Positions 19,502 through 30,184 of a stretch of 64,000 nt of DNA are shown here, one piece after another. This stretch comes from Parcubacteria group bacterium Gr01-1014_13 (GTDB lineage Bacteria > Patescibacteriota > Patescibacteriia > Magasanikbacterales > GWA2-37-8), in NCBI GenBank assembly GCA_007376295.1, contig VMGB01000003.1, positions 7,106 to 71,105 of the forward strand. The letters run 5' to 3'. The translations under genes were made by a program, and so were the position numbers. The first letter of the stretch is position 1; the number at the start of each line of letters is the position of its first letter. The notes beneath the pieces are model-generated. The model worked only from the letters and a program-made list of their open reading frames with translations. It did no database searches and was not told the origin of the DNA.

Positions 19502-19927
19502 ATGGAAAATACCGGAAGAAAGACAGCTGCTCTTTTAATTGTTATCTCTGCTTTGTATCTAGCCGTGTTTGATTGGGAATGGCCATCAATCACCCATCTC
19601 AAATTTAGCTGGCCCTATACGATCGGAATTGCAGTGGCTGTGCTTTTTTGTATGGCCGAAAGATTTCTAAAACACGCCAATACACCTGATTTTCAGTGGA
19701 AAAAATTGTTCAAAACCCATTTTTTCGCTTTCTTGATCTTTTGCCCCATTTCGATAATTGTGATTTTACCGAAACTAGGTCCAGCAAATGATATCTGGAG
19801 CACCGATTACAGAATTGCTTTTTTGATCACCTTCTTTTTCATTACTGTCGGACCAAAGATCGGCACTATTTCCGAAAGACTGGAAAGCTTGCTCACTCCC
19901 AAAAATGGTAAAAAGACGGGGGTATAA
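19502..19927 (+). CDS. Hypothetical polytopic membrane protein
   Basis: Four TM helices. Confidence 0.4.
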   Translation: MENTGRKTAALLIVISALYLAVFDWEWPSITHLKFSWPYTIGIAVAVLFCMAERFLKHANTPDFQWKKLFKTHFFAFLIFCPISIIVILPKLGPANDIWSTDYRIAFLITFFFITVGPKIGTISERLESLLTPKNGKKTGV

Positions 19928-19941
19928 ATATCATACCTGTC

Positions 19942-19977
19942 AGGCCGCCACACAAATGTAGGCGGTCTTTCTTTTTA
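19942..19977 (+). terminator. Rho-independent terminator (AGGCCGCC...GGCGGTCT + T-run)
   Basis: Read directly. Confidence 0.6.
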
Positions 19978-19980
19978 ACC

Positions 19981-20009
19981 TTGACTTTGAGCAAAAAATT
20001 TAGTACTAT
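19981..20009 (+). promoter_or_regulatory. Promoter TTGACT-17-TACTAT for the tRNA-Met/tsaD transcript
   Basis: Consensus hexamers about 25 nt upstream of the tRNA. Confidence 0.5.
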
Positions 20010-20033
20010 TTACTCTAATTGACCACCAAAAAT

Positions 20034-20107
20034 GTCAGGGTAGCTCAGTTGGTGAGAGCACGGGATTCATAACCCCGAGGTCGAGAGTTCGACTCTCTCC
20101 CCTGACA
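20034..20107 (+). tRNA. tRNA with CAT anticodon (elongator Met or Ile2/lysidine)
   Basis: Acceptor GTCAGGG/CCCTGAC. D-arm GCTC/GAGC. Anticodon loop TTCATAA. T-arm GAGAG-TTCGACT-CTCTC. No encoded CCA. Confidence 0.8.
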
Positions 20108-20110
20108 CAT

Positions 20111-21127
20111 ATGTATATCCTCGGCATTGAATCTTCATGCGACGATACTTCCGTGGCCTTGCTGGATAGTTCCGACAAAGGCCATTTTGTTTTATTCGAA
20201 AAAACCGCTTCCCAAATTGAAATCCACAAAAAATATGGCGGTGTAGTACCAGAAATTGCCGGTCGGATGCATGCTGAAAAAATTGTGCCGCTTATTGACG
20301 CCGCTCTAGAGGGCCAACCAAAGCCGGACGCTATTGCCGTTACCGCCGGACCCGGTCTAATTACCGGACTGCTCGTCGGAGTAGAAGCGGCTCGTACTTT
20401 GTCCTATGCCCTAGATATTCCCCTGATACGAACAAACCATATTGAAGGCCATATTTATTCTGTAGAACTGCAAGAAAAAAAATCCCCTATCCAATTTCCA
20501 GCTTTGTGTCTTGTTGTCAGTGGCGGACACACGGAATTAATTTTGATGACAGGCCACGGGAAATACAAATTTCTCGGCGCCACTAAAGATGATGCGGCTG
20601 GAGAGTGTTTTGATAAAACAGCAAAACTGCTTGGACTTCCCTACCCTGGCGGACCGCAAATTTCAAAGCTAGCCGAAACAGGAAATATTAAAGCAATTAA
20701 ATTTCCCCGGCCGATGATGGATGATGAAAATTATTTATTTAGTTTTGCCGGACTAAAAACTTCGGCTTTGTATTGGTTGCGGGATAACAAACTGGACGAT
20801 AAAATTACTACTAATGATTTCTGCGCCAGCTTTGAACAAGCTATCGTAGACGTCTTAGTATTCAAAACTTTAAAAGCCGCCGCGCAGTACAAACCAAAAA
20901 CTATTATTTTGGCCGGCGGAGTTAGCGCTAACAAAAAACTTCGTCAAACTTTGGACGAAGCTGTAAAAAATGAATTTCCAGGAACAAAGTTTATGATTCC
21001 GCAAATGAAATACGCCATGGACAACGGCGCGATGATTGCTACAGCCGGATATTACCATGCTATAAAAAAAGATTTTACTTCTTGGAAAAAAATTCAAGCC
21101 GACCCAAACTGGGAATTAGCTAGATAG
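20111..21127 (+). CDS. tsaD: tRNA N6-adenosine threonylcarbamoyltransferase TsaD (Kae1/Gcp)
   Basis: MYILGIESSCDDTSVAL..., HxEGH and GGVSAN motifs. The ATG lies 3 nt after the tRNA 3' end. Confidence 0.9.
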   Translation: MYILGIESSCDDTSVALLDSSDKGHFVLFEKTASQIEIHKKYGGVVPEIAGRMHAEKIVPLIDAALEGQPKPDAIAVTAGPGLITGLLVGVEAARTLSYALDIPLIRTNHIEGHIYSVELQEKKSPIQFPALCLVVSGGHTELILMTGHGKYKFLGATKDDAAGECFDKTAKLLGLPYPGGPQISKLAETGNIKAIKFPRPMMDDENYLFSFAGLKTSALYWLRDNKLDDKITTNDFCASFEQAIVDVLVFKTLKAAAQYKPKTIILAGGVSANKKLRQTLDEAVKNEFPGTKFMIPQMKYAMDNGAMIATAGYYHAIKKDFTSWKKIQADPNWELAR

Positions 21128-24100
21128 TATTTTTTAGCTCTTCACGAATAATTTCAGAACCATCCACCCGGAAAGATGTCCTTATTATCTTCCCGCCCAC
21201 ATTTAATATTACCAGTTTATCACCCGGATATTTTTTTAAAATATTTTTTATCGCATCAGCTTTTTCTTTTACTTGCTCGGCACTTACCAGAATTTCGAAA
21301 GACTCAACTTTTTCTTGAACTTCAGGTTTCTCTACATGACTAGAACTAAAAGACATCTGTTTTGCCAAAACTGGCGCATTTTCTGGTGTGAGCAAATATG
21401 CCTTTTCTACAAATAATTTATCATCACCCTCTTCTTCGGAAGTTCTGCCAATCACGCACACCGCCTTGCCCTCTACCCAAACATCGGCAGTAGTTTCGTA
21501 AGTTTTAGGAAAAATTAACAATTCCAAACTACTGGTGGTATCAAGTAATTTCGCAAACATCATGGCTTTACCACTGCGGGTTATTTTCTTCTTAGTCGAA
21601 TCAATCATACCACCCACCACTACCCACTGATTTCTGGTCTGGCTGGACAAATCTTTGAGCGGAGTCAAAACATTTTTCATTATCTCTTGATAAATACTAA
21701 ACGGATGGGAAGTAACATAAAGACCTAGCAATTCTTTTTCCCACAAAAGCTTTTCTTCTGCGCTGGCATTTGGCGCTGGGCCTAACTTAATTTTTGAAGA
21801 CATGTCTATGCTAGTGCCAGAAAAAAGAGAGTTTTGATTTACTGATTTCTTTTCATGAGTTTGTTTGACAAACGCTAAAATATTTTCGATGTTTCCAGCC
21901 AAGTAGCCGCGGTCATGACCAAAAGAATCCAGCGCACCGCACTTTATCAAACTTTCCAAAGATTTTTTATTCAAATCCCTGTCTTGAACTCTAGTAAGCA
22001 GATCTTGTAAATCTTTGTATTTGCCGTTAGCCTTTCGTTCGCGATAAATGGCGTCGGCAATATGCTCGCCCAAGTTTTTGATGCCATTTAAACCAAAACG
22101 GATATGCGCCGACGAACCATCTTCAGGAGAAATCATCGCGAAATTTTTAAAACTTTCGTTTATATCTGGCGGCAAAACTCTAACTCCCATTCTTTCAGCT
22201 TCATAAATTACTTCCGGCACTTTATCAATATCCCCGCTTTCGGCAATTAAAATAGCAGTCATGTACTGCACAGGAAAATTCGCTTTTAGGTAGGCTGTCT
22301 GATAGGCCACCACCGCATAGCTTGAAGCATGGGCTTTGTTGAAGCCGTAGGCTGCGAAAGGTTCAATGCGTTCCCAAAGCCTGTTTATCTTATCCTCAGG
22401 TAATTTTCCAAATTCTTTAGCGCCTTTATAGAATTTCTCTTTTTGTTTGGCCATTTCTTCGGGAATTTTCTTACCCATGGCTTTGCGAAATTTATCCGCT
22501 TCTTCCCAGTTATAACCAGCTAAATTTATCGCTGTCAGCAACACATCATCCTGATACACAATTAGTCCCAAAGACTGATCCAGATAATCTTTCATTCTCA
22601 AATCTTCATATTCTACCAATTCCGGATGGTGTTTTCTTTGGATATAATCGGGAATAGAATCCATTGGCCCCGGACGAAACAGAGCCACCATCGCCATGAT
22701 ATCGAAAATGGTTGTGGGTTTAAGTTCTTTTAAGTATCTGGTCATACCAGAGCTGGAAAGCTGAAATACGCCCACAGTTTCACCACGCGCTAACATCTCG
22801 TATGTTTTTTTATCATCCCATGGATACAAACTATAGACATCAATTTTCTTACCCGTTGTTTTTTCAATAATTTCTACGGCGTGGCCCAAAATCGAAAGGT
22901 TGCGGATACCTAAGAAATCCATTTTTAAAACTCCGGCCGCTTCTACCGAATGCATTTCGTATTGGGTAATAATGCGCTCGCCGCCGGTTTCCAATTGCAC
23001 GGGAGTAAAATCTGTCAGTGGAGTCGGAGAAATAACTACTCCGGCCGCATGAATAGAAGTGTGTCTGGCACAGCCTTCTACTTTTTGCGCCAAATCCAAC
23101 AAACGTTTGGCATCGGCATTTTTGTCATATAATTTTTTTAGCTCCGGCTCCAAATTTAAAGCTTTGGCAATCGTCATCTGGAATCCTTGAGCACCAAAAG
23201 GGATAAGTTTAGAAATTTGATCGCAAAAAGAATACGGGAAGCCGAGTGCTCGGCCCACATCGCGCACCGCACCGCGGGCCGCCATAGTACCAAAAGTAAT
23301 AATCTGGGCCACTTTGTCGGCGCCATATTTATTTGTCACATAAGCGATCATTTCATCACGCCTATCATCGGCAAAATCGCCGTCAATATCAGGCGGACTA
23401 GGACGAAACGGATTTAAAAATCTTTCAAACGGCAATTTAAAAAATAACGGGTTGTCCATTACAATGCCCAACGCATAGGAAACAATTGATCCGGCAGCTG
23501 ATCCTCTGGTTGTGAACATTATTCTGTGTTCACGAGCATAACGCACATAATCTGCTACAGATAAAAAATATGGCGAATAGCCTTTGGTGGCGATAATATC
23601 CAATTCATAATCTGCCCGCTTTTTCACATCCTCGGTCATCTCTATTAGCTTTGGCAATTTTTCATAAACCTGTTCACGCAGATACTCGTTGGCTGTTTTG
23701 CCTTCGGGAATTTCTATTGCCGGAAAATGCCATTTATTAAGTTCTAATTTCAAATCTACACGTTCGGCGATTTTTACTGTGTTGGTAATTGCTTCGGGTG
23801 TATGCTTAAAACGACTAATAATTTCTTTGGGCGATGCCAAAGAATAATCCGCCCCGTTATTCATAGTCATCCGATTTTCTTCGTCCAGGGTGCGGCCGTC
23901 TCGGATACAAGTCAGGATATCTTGCGCTTCGGCATCTTCTGGCTCCAAATAATGCGAGTCGCGAGTAACGATAAGTGGTATGCCAGTATCTTTGGACAGC
24001 TCGGCAAGTTTTGTATTTAATTCCATCTGTCCTTCCTGCGCCGGTACATCCATCATTTCCAAATAAAAATTTCCCTCGCCAAAAATTTCCTGATACTCCA

Positions 24101-24575
24101 AGGCTACTTTTTTTGCTTTTTCGTAATTGTCTTCTTTGCGCAAAATCCAAGGAATTTCGCCGCTAAAACAAGCCGATGATCCTACCAGGCCTTCGTGATA
24201 TTGTTTTAACAACTCTTTATCCATTCTTGGCTTGTAATAAAAACCTTCCAAATTGGCTAAAGAAGATAATTTCATCAGGTTTTTATAACCCGTATAATTT
24301 AAAGCCAAAAGAATCAAGTGATAATATTTATCATCCTTGTCTTTATCAAAACGGCTGCCTGGGGCCAGATACGCTTCCATGCCGATAATAGGTTTGATAC
24401 CTTGCCTCTGACATTCCTCGTAAAACTCAATAGCGCCATACATGTTTCCATGATCGGTAAGAGCTAAAGCTTTGTAGCCCATACTCTTGGCTTTCGCAAC
24501 CAATTCTGGGATTTTTGGCAGGCCATCTAGCAAGGAATAATGCGAGTGAACATGCAGGTGAACGAAGTCAGACAT
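21120..24575 (-). CDS. dnaE: DNA polymerase III alpha subunit
   Basis: N-terminal PHP domain (HLHVHSHYSLLDG). Polymerase core motifs. 1151 aa. Confidence 0.95.
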   Translation of the reverse strand: MSDFVHLHVHSHYSLLDGLPKIPELVAKAKSMGYKALALTDHGNMYGAIEFYEECQRQGIKPIIGMEAYLAPGSRFDKDKDDKYYHLILLALNYTGYKNLMKLSSLANLEGFYYKPRMDKELLKQYHEGLVGSSACFSGEIPWILRKEDNYEKAKKVALEYQEIFGEGNFYLEMMDVPAQEGQMELNTKLAELSKDTGIPLIVTRDSHYLEPEDAEAQDILTCIRDGRTLDEENRMTMNNGADYSLASPKEIISRFKHTPEAITNTVKIAERVDLKLELNKWHFPAIEIPEGKTANEYLREQVYEKLPKLIEMTEDVKKRADYELDIIATKGYSPYFLSVADYVRYAREHRIMFTTRGSAAGSIVSYALGIVMDNPLFFKLPFERFLNPFRPSPPDIDGDFADDRRDEMIAYVTNKYGADKVAQIITFGTMAARGAVRDVGRALGFPYSFCDQISKLIPFGAQGFQMTIAKALNLEPELKKLYDKNADAKRLLDLAQKVEGCARHTSIHAAGVVISPTPLTDFTPVQLETGGERIITQYEMHSVEAAGVLKMDFLGIRNLSILGHAVEIIEKTTGKKIDVYSLYPWDDKKTYEMLARGETVGVFQLSSSGMTRYLKELKPTTIFDIMAMVALFRPGPMDSIPDYIQRKHHPELVEYEDLRMKDYLDQSLGLIVYQDDVLLTAINLAGYNWEEADKFRKAMGKKIPEEMAKQKEKFYKGAKEFGKLPEDKINRLWERIEPFAAYGFNKAHASSYAVVAYQTAYLKANFPVQYMTAILIAESGDIDKVPEVIYEAERMGVRVLPPDINESFKNFAMISPEDGSSAHIRFGLNGIKNLGEHIADAIYRERKANGKYKDLQDLLTRVQDRDLNKKSLESLIKCGALDSFGHDRGYLAGNIENILAFVKQTHEKKSVNQNSLFSGTSIDMSSKIKLGPAPNASAEEKLLWEKELLGLYVTSHPFSIYQEIMKNVLTPLKDLSSQTRNQWVVVGGMIDSTKKKITRSGKAMMFAKLLDTTSSLELLIFPKTYETTADVWVEGKAVCVIGRTSEEEGDDKLFVEKAYLLTPENAPVLAKQMSFSSSHVEKPEVQEKVESFEILVSAEQVKEKADAIKNILKKYPGDKLVILNVGGKIIRTSFRVDGSEIIREELKNTI

Positions 24576-24620
24576 AGTGGCGTTATCTTACCTTAAAGAA
24601 AAAATAAAATCAAAGACTAA

Positions 24621-24650
24621 AAAACTCTCCTTGCTGGAGAGTTTTTTAAA
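24621..24650. terminator. Hairpin AACTCTCC-TTGCT-GGAGAGTT flanked by T-runs
   Basis: Read directly. Confidence 0.6.
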
Positions 24651-24661
24651 TATAATTTATT

Positions 24662-25048
24662 TCATCTCTTAACATTCTTTGCAACTTTTTTCATCTTTTT
24701 TGCCGTTACCTCTACCGCTTTGTCTACTGCTTCCTTAGCTGCTGAATTCATTTTGTCTGATCCTTTACGTATCCAGTCTTTGGCTTTTTTATTTACCATA
24801 CTTTTGACCATTCCAGCCATACCGCTTCCGGTGATATTTAGCAGAGTATGAATATTTTCTACTTTGCCGCGCACGTAATTTATAGCTTCAGTGAGAATTT
24901 GCAAACGAGAACGGAATTCTTCAGCTATTTCATTGGCATTTTTTAAAATTCTGGTGACGTAATAAAATACCCAACACAGAAACACGGTAATCCACAAAAC
25001 ACAAAAAGCAATTACCAGAAATAAAATATCTTTTGATGTTTCAATCAT
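24662..25048 (-). CDS. DUF948-like small membrane protein
   Basis: N-terminal TM followed by a K/A-rich helical tail. Confidence 0.4.
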   Translation of the reverse strand: MIETSKDILFLVIAFCVLWITVFLCWVFYYVTRILKNANEIAEEFRSRLQILTEAINYVRGKVENIHTLLNITGSGMAGMVKSMVNKKAKDWIRKGSDKMNSAAKEAVDKAVEVTAKKMKKVAKNVKR

Positions 25049-25076
25049 ACCCTCCTTGTTAATTTAATAAATTTTA

Positions 25077-25385
25077 TTAAGAATGGGCTGTTTGTAATGT
25101 TCGCACCTGTTTTTCTAATGCTTCCACACGCCGACGAAGTTCCAAAACATCTTTAGCTGTTGCATCGGCATCTTCAATAGTTCTTTTTTCAAGTTTAGTT
25201 AAACGTTCTTTAATTTCGTCCAGCTCTTCTCTAATCATTCTAAATCCAGCAGTCATTTCTGTTTGCAGTTCTTCAACAGCATTCTTTAAATCCTCTTTGG
25301 TAACCATGTTTTTGAGGTCAGCCTTGGTAACCATGTGCTCCTGCAAAAACTCCATCAATTCATTAGTTGTAATCTCTTTTTCCAT
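25077..25385 (-). CDS. Coiled-coil hypothetical protein
   Basis: Heptad-rich. Start at an internal Met. Confidence 0.3.
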   Translation of the reverse strand: MEKEITTNELMEFLQEHMVTKADLKNMVTKEDLKNAVEELQTEMTAGFRMIREELDEIKERLTKLEKRTIEDADATAKDVLELRRRVEALEKQVRTLQTAHS

Positions 25386-25434
25386 ATAAATTATGATAAA
25401 TACATTATAGCACACTTTTTCACTTCCACCAAAA

Positions 25435-27873
25435 CTATCTCACCTCTGCACCAAACTTTTCTTTCAAAATTTTCACCGATCCATCATGAGCTTTATCTAC
25501 TTCTTCGGTTACTAGGGTGCGCTCTCGGTTTTGATAGACAAAATGATAAGCCATGCTCTTGTAATTTTCTCCCACACCTTTTCCTTCGTAGACATCAAAC
25601 AACTCCACAGAATGTAAAAGCGGATCGGCGCCAAGCAACGCTGCCAAAATATCGGCATGTGCCACATCTTTTTTCACCGATATAGCTAAATCGCGTTCTG
25701 CGGATGGAAATTCTGCTATTGGCGCATATTTTTTGACTGCAGAGGATAATTTTGCCAGCTCGTCCAAATTCAGAGACACCATCGATACCGCACATTCCAA
25801 ACCAAAATTTTCTACAACCATTGGATGAAATTCAAATACTCTGCCAACAAAATCACTACCTACCATTATTTTACCGTTGCGCGAAGGATGTTGCCACGGA
25901 CGTAATTTATCGTTTTTTTCTAATTTAAATTCTTTGTTTAGATCCGCAAAAATTGCTTCGGCAGCTCGGCGCGCTTCCCAAAAAGGATTTTTATCTTTCT
26001 TGCTGGCAAAAATCGCATGCAACCAAGTATCTTGCCTTGGCAAAAGCTCGTTGCTGTTTTCAGTTATTCTCGCTCCAGGTTCTCCCAACAAAAATCTCTT
26101 CCCTACTTCAAACAATCGTAGTTCTGGATAATCATCGATATTCTTTTTTACATTTTCCAGTAAATTATTCATCAAATGGCGGCGTAAAAAAGGACGTTCT
26201 TGTGATAATGGATTTTCCAGTTCCAAGTGCTGAGAAACATCTTGACCTAACTTGGTTATGGATTGCGGGCTAACAAAAGAATAGTTATATACTTCGGTAT
26301 AGGCCAAAGAATTAACCAAAATATTTTTACAACGTCTTTCTAAATTTAATAATTTATTTTCTTCGGGAGGATTTATGGCAAATACTGGCATCTGCGAAAC
26401 TATCTTGTCGAAACCATGGATACGGATTATTTCTTCCACCAAATCTTCAGGGATAGAAATATCTTTGGTGGCTCGCCAGCTAGGAATTATTACTGACAAC
26501 TCTTCATTTTTAATTTTTACTTCAAAACCCAAAGCTTCCAAAATTCTGACTGCTTCTTTTTTAGGAAGTTTAGCACCCATTTTACTGTGCAAAAATTCCA
26601 TAGACATAGTAATTGGCCCTTGTTGCAAACTAAACTTTGCCTGATCCGCAACATTGCTGGCAACTTTGGAACCCTTACAAATTTCTAAAACCAATTCCAC
26701 CGCATATTCCAAAGCCATAGCAGCCAAATTTGGATCCAAACTTTTTTCAAACCGCGCCGAAGAATCGCTGCGCAACCCCAGCTTGGCGGAAGTGTGACGA
26801 ATAGAACCAGCTTCAAAATTCGCAGATTCAAAAATAATAGTTTTTGTATCGTTATTTATACCGGAATCCAATCCGCCCATTACTCCGGCAATAGCCAAAG
26901 ATTTTTCACTATCTGCAATCATTAATACCTTGGAGTCTAATTTTCTTTTCTGGCCATCAAGCGTGGTAAATTCTTCTCCATCTTTTGCTGTTTTGACAAC
27001 TATTTTGCCATTAGCCACACGAGACGCATCAAACGCGTGCATGGGTTGTCCCAGATCCATCATTATATAGTTAGTAATATCCACGATATTATTTATCGGT
27101 CTCTGCCCCACAGATAACAAAGTTTTCTGCAGCCACTGTGGAGATGGAGCAACATTTATTCCGGACATGGCCACGGCCATATAGCGCGGACACAGTTTAG
27201 CGTCCTTTACTTCTACGTTTAAAGAAATATCTTTGCCTGGCTCAATTGTGCCTGCCTCATAATGCTGCTTTAATTTTTTTCCATACAATACTGCCACTTC
27301 GCGGGCAATACCATAATGTCCCCACAGGTCTGGACGGTTGCTTAATGATTTGTTATCTATTTCTAAAATAGCATCATCTAACCCTAAAGCTTTGGCCAAA
27401 GCAACTCCTGGTTTAACTTTGAAATTACTTAAATCTAAAATTTCTTTTTCTTCACTAAGCGGAAACATTTCTGCTAGACCAATTTCGGTAGAAGCGCAGA
27501 TCATGCCGGCAGATTCTACACCGCGAATAGCGACTGGTTTTAATTCCACCAAATCGCCTTCGCCATGCCATTTTACTTTGGCGCCAATTTTGGCGAGTGC
27601 CACCAACATACCTTTGTTTACATTACTGCCACCGCAAACAATTGACAGCTGCTCGCCGCCCACATCTACGGTACAAACTTTTAATTTATCGGCATTAGGA
27701 TGTTTTTCGGCAGATAAAACTTTTCCAACCACAACATTTTCCAAGTTTTGTCCTTGCATCTCTATTTTTTCTACTTCCACAGTACTGGCTTTCAGCTTCG
27801 CGGCTACGTCAGCAGCAGAAACAGAATCGGGAAGGTTGATATGTTGTTTTAACCAATTAAATGATATAAGCAT
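25435..27873 (-). CDS. pheT: Phenylalanine--tRNA ligase beta subunit
   Basis: tRNA-binding, B3/B4, B5 and FDX-ACB architecture. 812 aa. Overlaps pheS. Confidence 0.9.
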   Translation of the reverse strand: MLISFNWLKQHINLPDSVSAADVAAKLKASTVEVEKIEMQGQNLENVVVGKVLSAEKHPNADKLKVCTVDVGGEQLSIVCGGSNVNKGMLVALAKIGAKVKWHGEGDLVELKPVAIRGVESAGMICASTEIGLAEMFPLSEEKEILDLSNFKVKPGVALAKALGLDDAILEIDNKSLSNRPDLWGHYGIAREVAVLYGKKLKQHYEAGTIEPGKDISLNVEVKDAKLCPRYMAVAMSGINVAPSPQWLQKTLLSVGQRPINNIVDITNYIMMDLGQPMHAFDASRVANGKIVVKTAKDGEEFTTLDGQKRKLDSKVLMIADSEKSLAIAGVMGGLDSGINNDTKTIIFESANFEAGSIRHTSAKLGLRSDSSARFEKSLDPNLAAMALEYAVELVLEICKGSKVASNVADQAKFSLQQGPITMSMEFLHSKMGAKLPKKEAVRILEALGFEVKIKNEELSVIIPSWRATKDISIPEDLVEEIIRIHGFDKIVSQMPVFAINPPEENKLLNLERRCKNILVNSLAYTEVYNYSFVSPQSITKLGQDVSQHLELENPLSQERPFLRRHLMNNLLENVKKNIDDYPELRLFEVGKRFLLGEPGARITENSNELLPRQDTWLHAIFASKKDKNPFWEARRAAEAIFADLNKEFKLEKNDKLRPWQHPSRNGKIMVGSDFVGRVFEFHPMVVENFGLECAVSMVSLNLDELAKLSSAVKKYAPIAEFPSAERDLAISVKKDVAHADILAALLGADPLLHSVELFDVYEGKGVGENYKSMAYHFVYQNRERTLVTEEVDKAHDGSVKILKEKFGAEVR

Positions 27874-27874
27874 A

Positions 27875-28906
27875 TTAAAATTGTTCCAAAAATTTCATAT
27901 TTCCGCTTTCCAACAGCCGGATATCCTCTATGCCATACTTAAGCATTGCTAATCTGGTGAGACCAAAACCAAAGGCAAAACCTTGATTAACTTTTGGGTC
28001 TATGCCGCCTTCTTTTAAAACATTAGGATGAACCATGCCAGCCCCAAACACTTCAAGCCAGCCTGTCTGTTTGCATAACTTACAACCTTTGCCTTGGCAA
28101 AGAAAACAAGTTACTTCGCCATTTACCCCCGGCTCGACGAATGGATAAAATTTGGGACGCAACCGCATTTTTGTTTCTGGACCAAATACATGCTGGCATA
28201 CAGCTTCGAGCACACCTTTCATGTGAGCAAAATTAACATCTTTGCCGACAACTACTCCTTCTAATTGATAAAATGTGTGTTCATGGCGAACATCGGTGGC
28301 TTCATTGCGGAAACATTTTCCTGAAGAAATCATACGTAGCGGCGCGCCATATTTTTGCATAGCCCGCACCTGCACAGATGAAGTGTGGGTACGCATTACC
28401 CAATCTGGATGGCCTTTGATATAAAAAGTATCGTGCGAATCACGTGCCGGATGAGTGGCCGGAATATTTACCGCTGTAAAATTATAATAATCACTTTCTA
28501 ATTCTGGGCCATCTAAAACCATAAAGCCCATGGACGAAAAAAAATCTTCTAAATCATTTTGAATCAAAGTATTTGGGTGGAAATGCCCCCGTGCCTTGAT
28601 CGGCAAAGATGGCTGAGTAATATCTATACTTTCTTTTTCCAAAAGTCCGCCCATTTCTTTGGCAGATAATTCATGTTTTTTGGCTGCCAAAGCTTCTTCA
28701 ATTTCTTTCTTTACCTCATTGGCCAGCTGGCCAGTTTGTTTTCTGGCTTCTCCACTCAAATCTTTTAGGCCTTTCAACAAATTAGTAAGTTCACCGCCTT
28801 TACGACCTAATAATTTAATCTCTAATTCTTCCAATCCTATTTTGTCTTTGATGGCTTTGACGGCCAAAAGCGCTTCAGTTTTTAATTGTTCAAGCTTTGA
28901 TTGCAT
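27875..28906 (-). CDS. pheS: Phenylalanine--tRNA ligase alpha subunit
   Basis: Class II core motifs FRNE, GLGxERL. Confidence 0.9.
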   Translation of the reverse strand: MQSKLEQLKTEALLAVKAIKDKIGLEELEIKLLGRKGGELTNLLKGLKDLSGEARKQTGQLANEVKKEIEEALAAKKHELSAKEMGGLLEKESIDITQPSLPIKARGHFHPNTLIQNDLEDFFSSMGFMVLDGPELESDYYNFTAVNIPATHPARDSHDTFYIKGHPDWVMRTHTSSVQVRAMQKYGAPLRMISSGKCFRNEATDVRHEHTFYQLEGVVVGKDVNFAHMKGVLEAVCQHVFGPETKMRLRPKFYPFVEPGVNGEVTCFLCQGKGCKLCKQTGWLEVFGAGMVHPNVLKEGGIDPKVNQGFAFGFGLTRLAMLKYGIEDIRLLESGNMKFLEQF

Positions 28907-28907
28907 A

Positions 28908-30083
28908 CTACGTTAGATTATTCCACAAATCTATAAAAAATCCTTTGAAATGTCCCAAATCTTTTATCGTAATTACCACTACCAAAAGCATTAATAAAGT
29001 AAACCCAAGTCCATGCGCTATCTGTTCGGCTCTTTGAGAAATTGGTTTGCGTTTAATTTTACTTATAATTAAAAACAGTAACCGGCCGCCATCTAAGGCT
29101 GGAATTGGTAAAATATTTATAATAGCTAAATTTAAAGAAAGCAAAGCGGTAAAATTTAACAGATAACTAAAGCCCAATCTGGCCACATGGCCTGTCATAA
29201 CCGCTATTCCCACCGGACCAGACACAACTTGGCCCATATTATTTCCAGCAAACAGACCGGCAATTAAAAAATAAAATGAAAATAGTATTTCTTTTAAATA
29301 AAAACCGGTCATGAGCATTCCATAATATATTGCCTTGTACCAGGGGTAACTTACTAATCCAACTTCTACCAAACTGACTCCTAATCCGCCTTTGCCTGTA
29401 TCCGGGTAAATAAATGGATGCACTTTCTTTTCTATTATACTGCCATCTCTTTTTATAGTCACTGTAATATCTTGATTTTTGTGACTATTTACATAATCTT
29501 GCATGGCAGAAACACTAGGATTTTGCAAATTATCCAAGGCCACAATAGTATCACCGGATTGTAGCCCGGCCTCGGCAGCTGGCTTGCCGGGCATTGCTTC
29601 TATAATTTCTAAATGTCTGTCTTTTACAGTTACTCCAGATGGTAAACCGTCTATAGCTTGCGGCAAACCCATCATAAAACCAGCCGAAAGCAAAATAAAA
29701 GCCAAAACTATATTCATCGCCACGCCCGCACACAAAGTGGCCGCTCTTTTCCAGGCATTTTGCGCAGCAAAACTATCTGGACCCGGATCTTCTCCATTTT
29801 CACCTTTGATGTGCACGAACCCGCCCAGCGGGATTAAATTTATAGAATAAACCGTGCTGCCGCCATGGGATTCCTCCTCTAGTATTCTTTTTCTACCAAT
29901 AAATTTTACTTTTTTCTTGCCGCTAGCATCTTTTATAAATTGAATTCCGAACAAGCGAGGGGGGAAACCAAAACCAAATTCATAAACTTTCATCCCACTC
30001 TTGCGCGCCACAATAAAATGCCCGAATTCATGGGATAAAACCAGCACGGCCAAAACGGCAATAAAGATTAAAAAAGTTATCAT
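28908..30083 (-). CDS. rseP: RIP metalloprotease RseP (site-2 protease)
   Basis: HEFGHF in TM1, PDZ domain, LDG motif. Confidence 0.8.
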   Translation of the reverse strand: MITFLIFIAVLAVLVLSHEFGHFIVARKSGMKVYEFGFGFPPRLFGIQFIKDASGKKKVKFIGRKRILEEESHGGSTVYSINLIPLGGFVHIKGENGEDPGPDSFAAQNAWKRAATLCAGVAMNIVLAFILLSAGFMMGLPQAIDGLPSGVTVKDRHLEIIEAMPGKPAAEAGLQSGDTIVALDNLQNPSVSAMQDYVNSHKNQDITVTIKRDGSIIEKKVHPFIYPDTGKGGLGVSLVEVGLVSYPWYKAIYYGMLMTGFYLKEILFSFYFLIAGLFAGNNMGQVVSGPVGIAVMTGHVARLGFSYLLNFTALLSLNLAIINILPIPALDGGRLLFLIISKIKRKPISQRAEQIAHGLGFTLLMLLVVVITIKDLGHFKGFFIDLWNNLT

Positions 30084-30184
30084 AGTACTTGAAAATTCAA
30101 CCTGCCTGCTATACAATACCATTCATTATATAGTAACATAATAAAAAAGCCAATAGGCTATTTAATCACTAATTACTCAAAAAT

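Noticed and set aside
21120-24575. An intein was also checked for in dnaE.
   Set aside because: The length (1151 aa) and motif spacing are normal. No Cys/Ser...HN-flanked insert is evident.
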